A stretch of DNA of 64,000 nt from an uncultured bacterium (lineage in GTDB: Bacteria; Krumholzibacteriota; Krumholzibacteriia; Krumholzibacteriales; Krumholzibacteriaceae), in the NCBI GenBank assembly GCA_963813815.1, contig CAWFAD010000010.1, forward strand, positions 96,001 to 160,000, read 5' to 3'. Position 1 is the first letter of the stretch. Each line of letters opens with the position of its first letter. A program made the translations under genes and the position numbers. The notes beneath the pieces are model-generated. The model saw only the letters and a program-made list of their open reading frames with translations. It was not told the origin of the DNA and searched no databases. Positions 61,588 through 64,000 of the stretch are shown here, piece by piece.

Positions 61588-61629
61588 TCATCCGGGGGAA
61601 CGTGAGGGTTCGATGGAAGGGGATCTTTC

Positions 61630-62067
61630 GTGACGCAGCGAAAAGTGAAAAGCAAAAAGGAACGCGCGCGAACCATCTCGCAGTACTGCTCGGTCTGCAA
61701 GAAGGCGTTCGACATGCCGGTCGTGGAGGAAGCGGACAATCAGGAAGTCATCTGGCTCAAATGTCCGGGGTGCAACGGTTACCTTCCGCATATGCTCAAC
61801 CAGGACGAGATCGGCGATGAGGACGAGGGAGACGCCGAAAAGACCGCGCACGCGTCGGAGGACGTCGCGATCGAAGATCTCTACACCGAGAACGCCCGCG
61901 AGTACAGCGAGGCCGGCCGGTACGAGGTCGGCGAGGTGATCTACCATCGATCCTGGAACGATTACGGCAAGGTGGTCGCCAAGGAGACGCTCCCGGGGAA
62001 CCGCAGCACGATTGTCGTGCATTTCGTGAACCAGGGAAAGATCAAGCTGCTGGAAGGAGTGGCATAG
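61630..62067 (+). CDS. Zinc-ribbon protein with C-terminal tudor/SH3-like domain
   Basis: CSVC...CPGC; acidic linker; YEVGEVIYHRSWNDYGKVV...IVVHF...GKIKL. Confidence 0.78.
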   Translation: MTQRKVKSKKERARTISQYCSVCKKAFDMPVVEEADNQEVIWLKCPGCNGYLPHMLNQDEIGDEDEGDAEKTAHASEDVAIEDLYTENAREYSEAGRYEVGEVIYHRSWNDYGKVVAKETLPGNRSTIVVHFVNQGKIKLLEGVA

Positions 62068-62079
62068 AAGGGCCGCGAA

Positions 62080-62895
62080 GTGCGTACCGGAACGTCCCCG
62101 CTGCTTCCCGTCGTTTTCATTCTGCTCGCCGTCTCTTCCGCCGCGCCGAGGGCGGCCGGCCTGTTCGATGATCCCCGTTTGCTCTTTCCGCCAGTCGACA
62201 CCGCGCGAACGGTCCTCTCGGTCGGCCACGCCGAGATCGATCTCGAAGACGGCGGGGCCTCGCTCGTATCGATCGAGGCGCTTCTCAGGACCGGCGCGAG
62301 AACGCGGATCGCGCTCGCGACGAGCTTCCCCGCGGTCCGCTCGGCGGGGGACGTCGCCTTCGGCGTCGGCGACCTCGTCGTTGCGGCGGCCGTCAGGCTC
62401 GCCGGCGACACGCTCGAGTCATCGGGCCTCTATCTCGACGCATCCTGCCGCGCGCCGACGGGATCGCGCTCGCTCGCCCCGTTTTCCCATGCCTCGCTCG
62501 ACGGATCGCTCGGCTGCGAGGTCCGCGGGAGGCTCTCGATTTTCGCGGCCCGCGCCCTCGCCCGCTACACGCTTGCCGGGGAGCGGCCGGTGGAAGGGGA
62601 TCTCCGTCACGACCACCATGCCACGCTCGCGGGGGAGCTCGCCTTGGAGATCCCGCGCGTCGGATCGGCGAGCGCCGGAGCGGCCTGGGTCAGGTACGCG
62701 GACGGCGCCGACCGCAGCTCGCTCTGCCTGTCGCTCTCGGCCCGCCTCTCGGAGGCGATCGCGGTCCGGATCGCCGTCGCTGCGGAAAGCGGGAGCGATG
62801 GAACGGCGGCGTACGAGCGCATGGCGGGGATCGCCCTTTCGTACCGGTTTTCCCCCCGGCCCGCGTCCCATTCCGCGGCACCGCAGTCTCCGTAA
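62080..62895 (+). CDS. Hypothetical secreted protein, possible outer-membrane beta-barrel
   Basis: Signal peptide; FGVGDL, APTG, amphipathic strands, GIALSYRF near the C-terminus. Confidence 0.6.
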   Translation: MRTGTSPLLPVVFILLAVSSAAPRAAGLFDDPRLLFPPVDTARTVLSVGHAEIDLEDGGASLVSIEALLRTGARTRIALATSFPAVRSAGDVAFGVGDLVVAAAVRLAGDTLESSGLYLDASCRAPTGSRSLAPFSHASLDGSLGCEVRGRLSIFAARALARYTLAGERPVEGDLRHDHHATLAGELALEIPRVGSASAGAAWVRYADGADRSSLCLSLSARLSEAIAVRIAVAAESGSDGTAAYERMAGIALSYRFSPRPASHSAAPQSP

Positions 62896-62981
62896 TTGCA
62901 GAGTGCAATTTCGACCCCTCTTCATTGTTCCTCATGATGACCGGTTCGTATGCGGACGGCTTCGTCGTTCCCTCGCTCGAA

Positions 62982-62997
62982 AGGCATGCGCCTTGCG
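62982..62997 (+). promoter_or_regulatory. Putative sigma-54 promoter
   Basis: AGGCATGCGCCTTGCG (GG-N10-GC), about 50 nt upstream of ATG 63049. Confidence 0.4.
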
Positions 62998-63048
62998 TTC
63001 GCATGGCTCGGGAAGACAACCGTGGCAGAACATCTGAAAGGAACGGAA

Positions 63049-64000
63049 ATGAAGGACGATATCGCGGCTGCGGCGACCGGGCGGGACGCCGGCCGCCGTC
63101 CGGGCCCAGCCCCGGGCGCATTCATCATAGACGACGATCCTCTCATGGCGGATCTCCTCTCGCGGCGGCTCGACCGCCGCGGAATCGCGGCCCGCGTGTT
63201 CGACGACGGCGAGCGTCTTCTGGCCGAGCTGGCCGAGCGTCCGCCGGCCGTGCTCTTTTCCGATCTCCGGATGCCGGGCATGGGGGGAGCGCAGGTCATC
63301 TCGCGCGCCCGGGACGCCGCCTTCACGGGACTCGTCGTTCTCGTCACGGCGTCGCGCGATCAAGCCGCGATCGCCGAGGCCCTCCGCGGCGGCGCCGACA
63401 TCGTGCTCGCCAAACCGCCGCGCGAGTACGATCTCGATTGGCTCGCCGTCAAGGCGCGCCTCGGAAACCCGCAGCCCGACCCCGTTCGCGCGCTCGTCGC
63501 GGCGCTCGAGCACGTCGATCAGGGAGCGATCCTCCTCGACGAGGAGTGCGTGCCGCTCGGCGTGAACGGCCGGGCGCGACGAATGCTCGGAGTCGACGAC
63601 GCCGGCGAGGCCGTCAAGACTCTCGATCGACTGGGAATCCTCTCCCGGATCATGGACGGCCGCCACGGGGACATCGTGTTTGTGGAATCGCCCGAATCGG
63701 CTCTCGGGGGCCGGTATCCGCTCGGGGTGGAGGTGCGCGAGATAGGCGACGGCGGTTCGCGGCGACTCCGGATCGTGCTGCTGCACGACTTTACCGAGCG
63801 CCGCAGGCTCGACGATCTGCAGGCGCAGTTCGCCGCGTACCTTTCGCATCGCATGCGCACCCCCCTCACCTCCGTCCGGAACGCCGTGTCGATTCTCTGC
63901 GGCGCCGAGGCGCCGCTCGACTCTGCGGAGCGGGAACGTTTTCTCGATATCGGATGCCGGAACATCGAGCGGCTCGTGAGCTCGCTCGAAGATCTGCAGA
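63049..64000 (+). CDS. Hybrid receiver-PAS-histidine kinase (3'-truncated; absent from the ORF track)
   Basis: FIIDDDPLM...FSDLRMPGMGG...LAKP receiver; ALEHVDQGAILLD...VNGRARRMLG PAS-like; YLSHRMRTPLTSV H-box. Confidence 0.85.
   Translation, partial: MKDDIAAAATGRDAGRRPGPAPGAFIIDDDPLMADLLSRRLDRRGIAARVFDDGERLLAELAERPPAVLFSDLRMPGMGGAQVISRARDAAFTGLVVLVTASRDQAAIAEALRGGADIVLAKPPREYDLDWLAVKARLGNPQPDPVRALVAALEHVDQGAILLDEECVPLGVNGRARRMLGVDDAGEAVKTLDRLGILSRIMDGRHGDIVFVESPESALGGRYPLGVEVREIGDGGSRRLRIVLLHDFTERRRLDDLQAQFAAYLSHRMRTPLTSVRNAVSILCGAEAPLDSAERERFLDIGCRNIERLVSSLEDLQ

Overview
High-GC, gene-dense bacterial chromosomal segment, mostly housekeeping and mostly on the + strand. It carries a preQ0 cluster (queD-queC-DUF366-queE), two HU genes, ltaE/rsmI/tmk/ctpA, dusB-larB-larC, a PyrR-attenuated pyr operon, nucleotide-sugar genes, serS, tsaE/tsaB/rimI, folC, a ROK kinase and an LptD-family gene. 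An FlgD-Ig C-terminal domain, a PorX-like regulator next to tsaE and proteins ending in 'STWGAIKxLYR' suggest an FCB-group lineage such as Krumholzibacteriota/Latescibacterota (inference). No rRNA, tRNA, CRISPR array or mobile element was recognised. Most notable: (1) a probable selenoprotein at 56661-58037, split by the ORF track at an in-frame TGA followed by a SECIS-like hairpin; it is a lipoprotein with a degenerate UshA-like domain fused to a tetraheme cytochrome c. (2) Three tandem Cys-rich secreted paralogs sharing a C-terminal TWGxIK motif. (3) A HemC homolog lacking catalytic and cofactor-attachment residues. (4) An apparent OstA/LptA-LptD fusion. (5) Tandem NrdR-like boxes ahead of two small zinc-binding genes. 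Five genes, including essential serS, carry small frameshifts that are most likely sequencing indels. All calls come from reading motifs by eye; no database searches were run.
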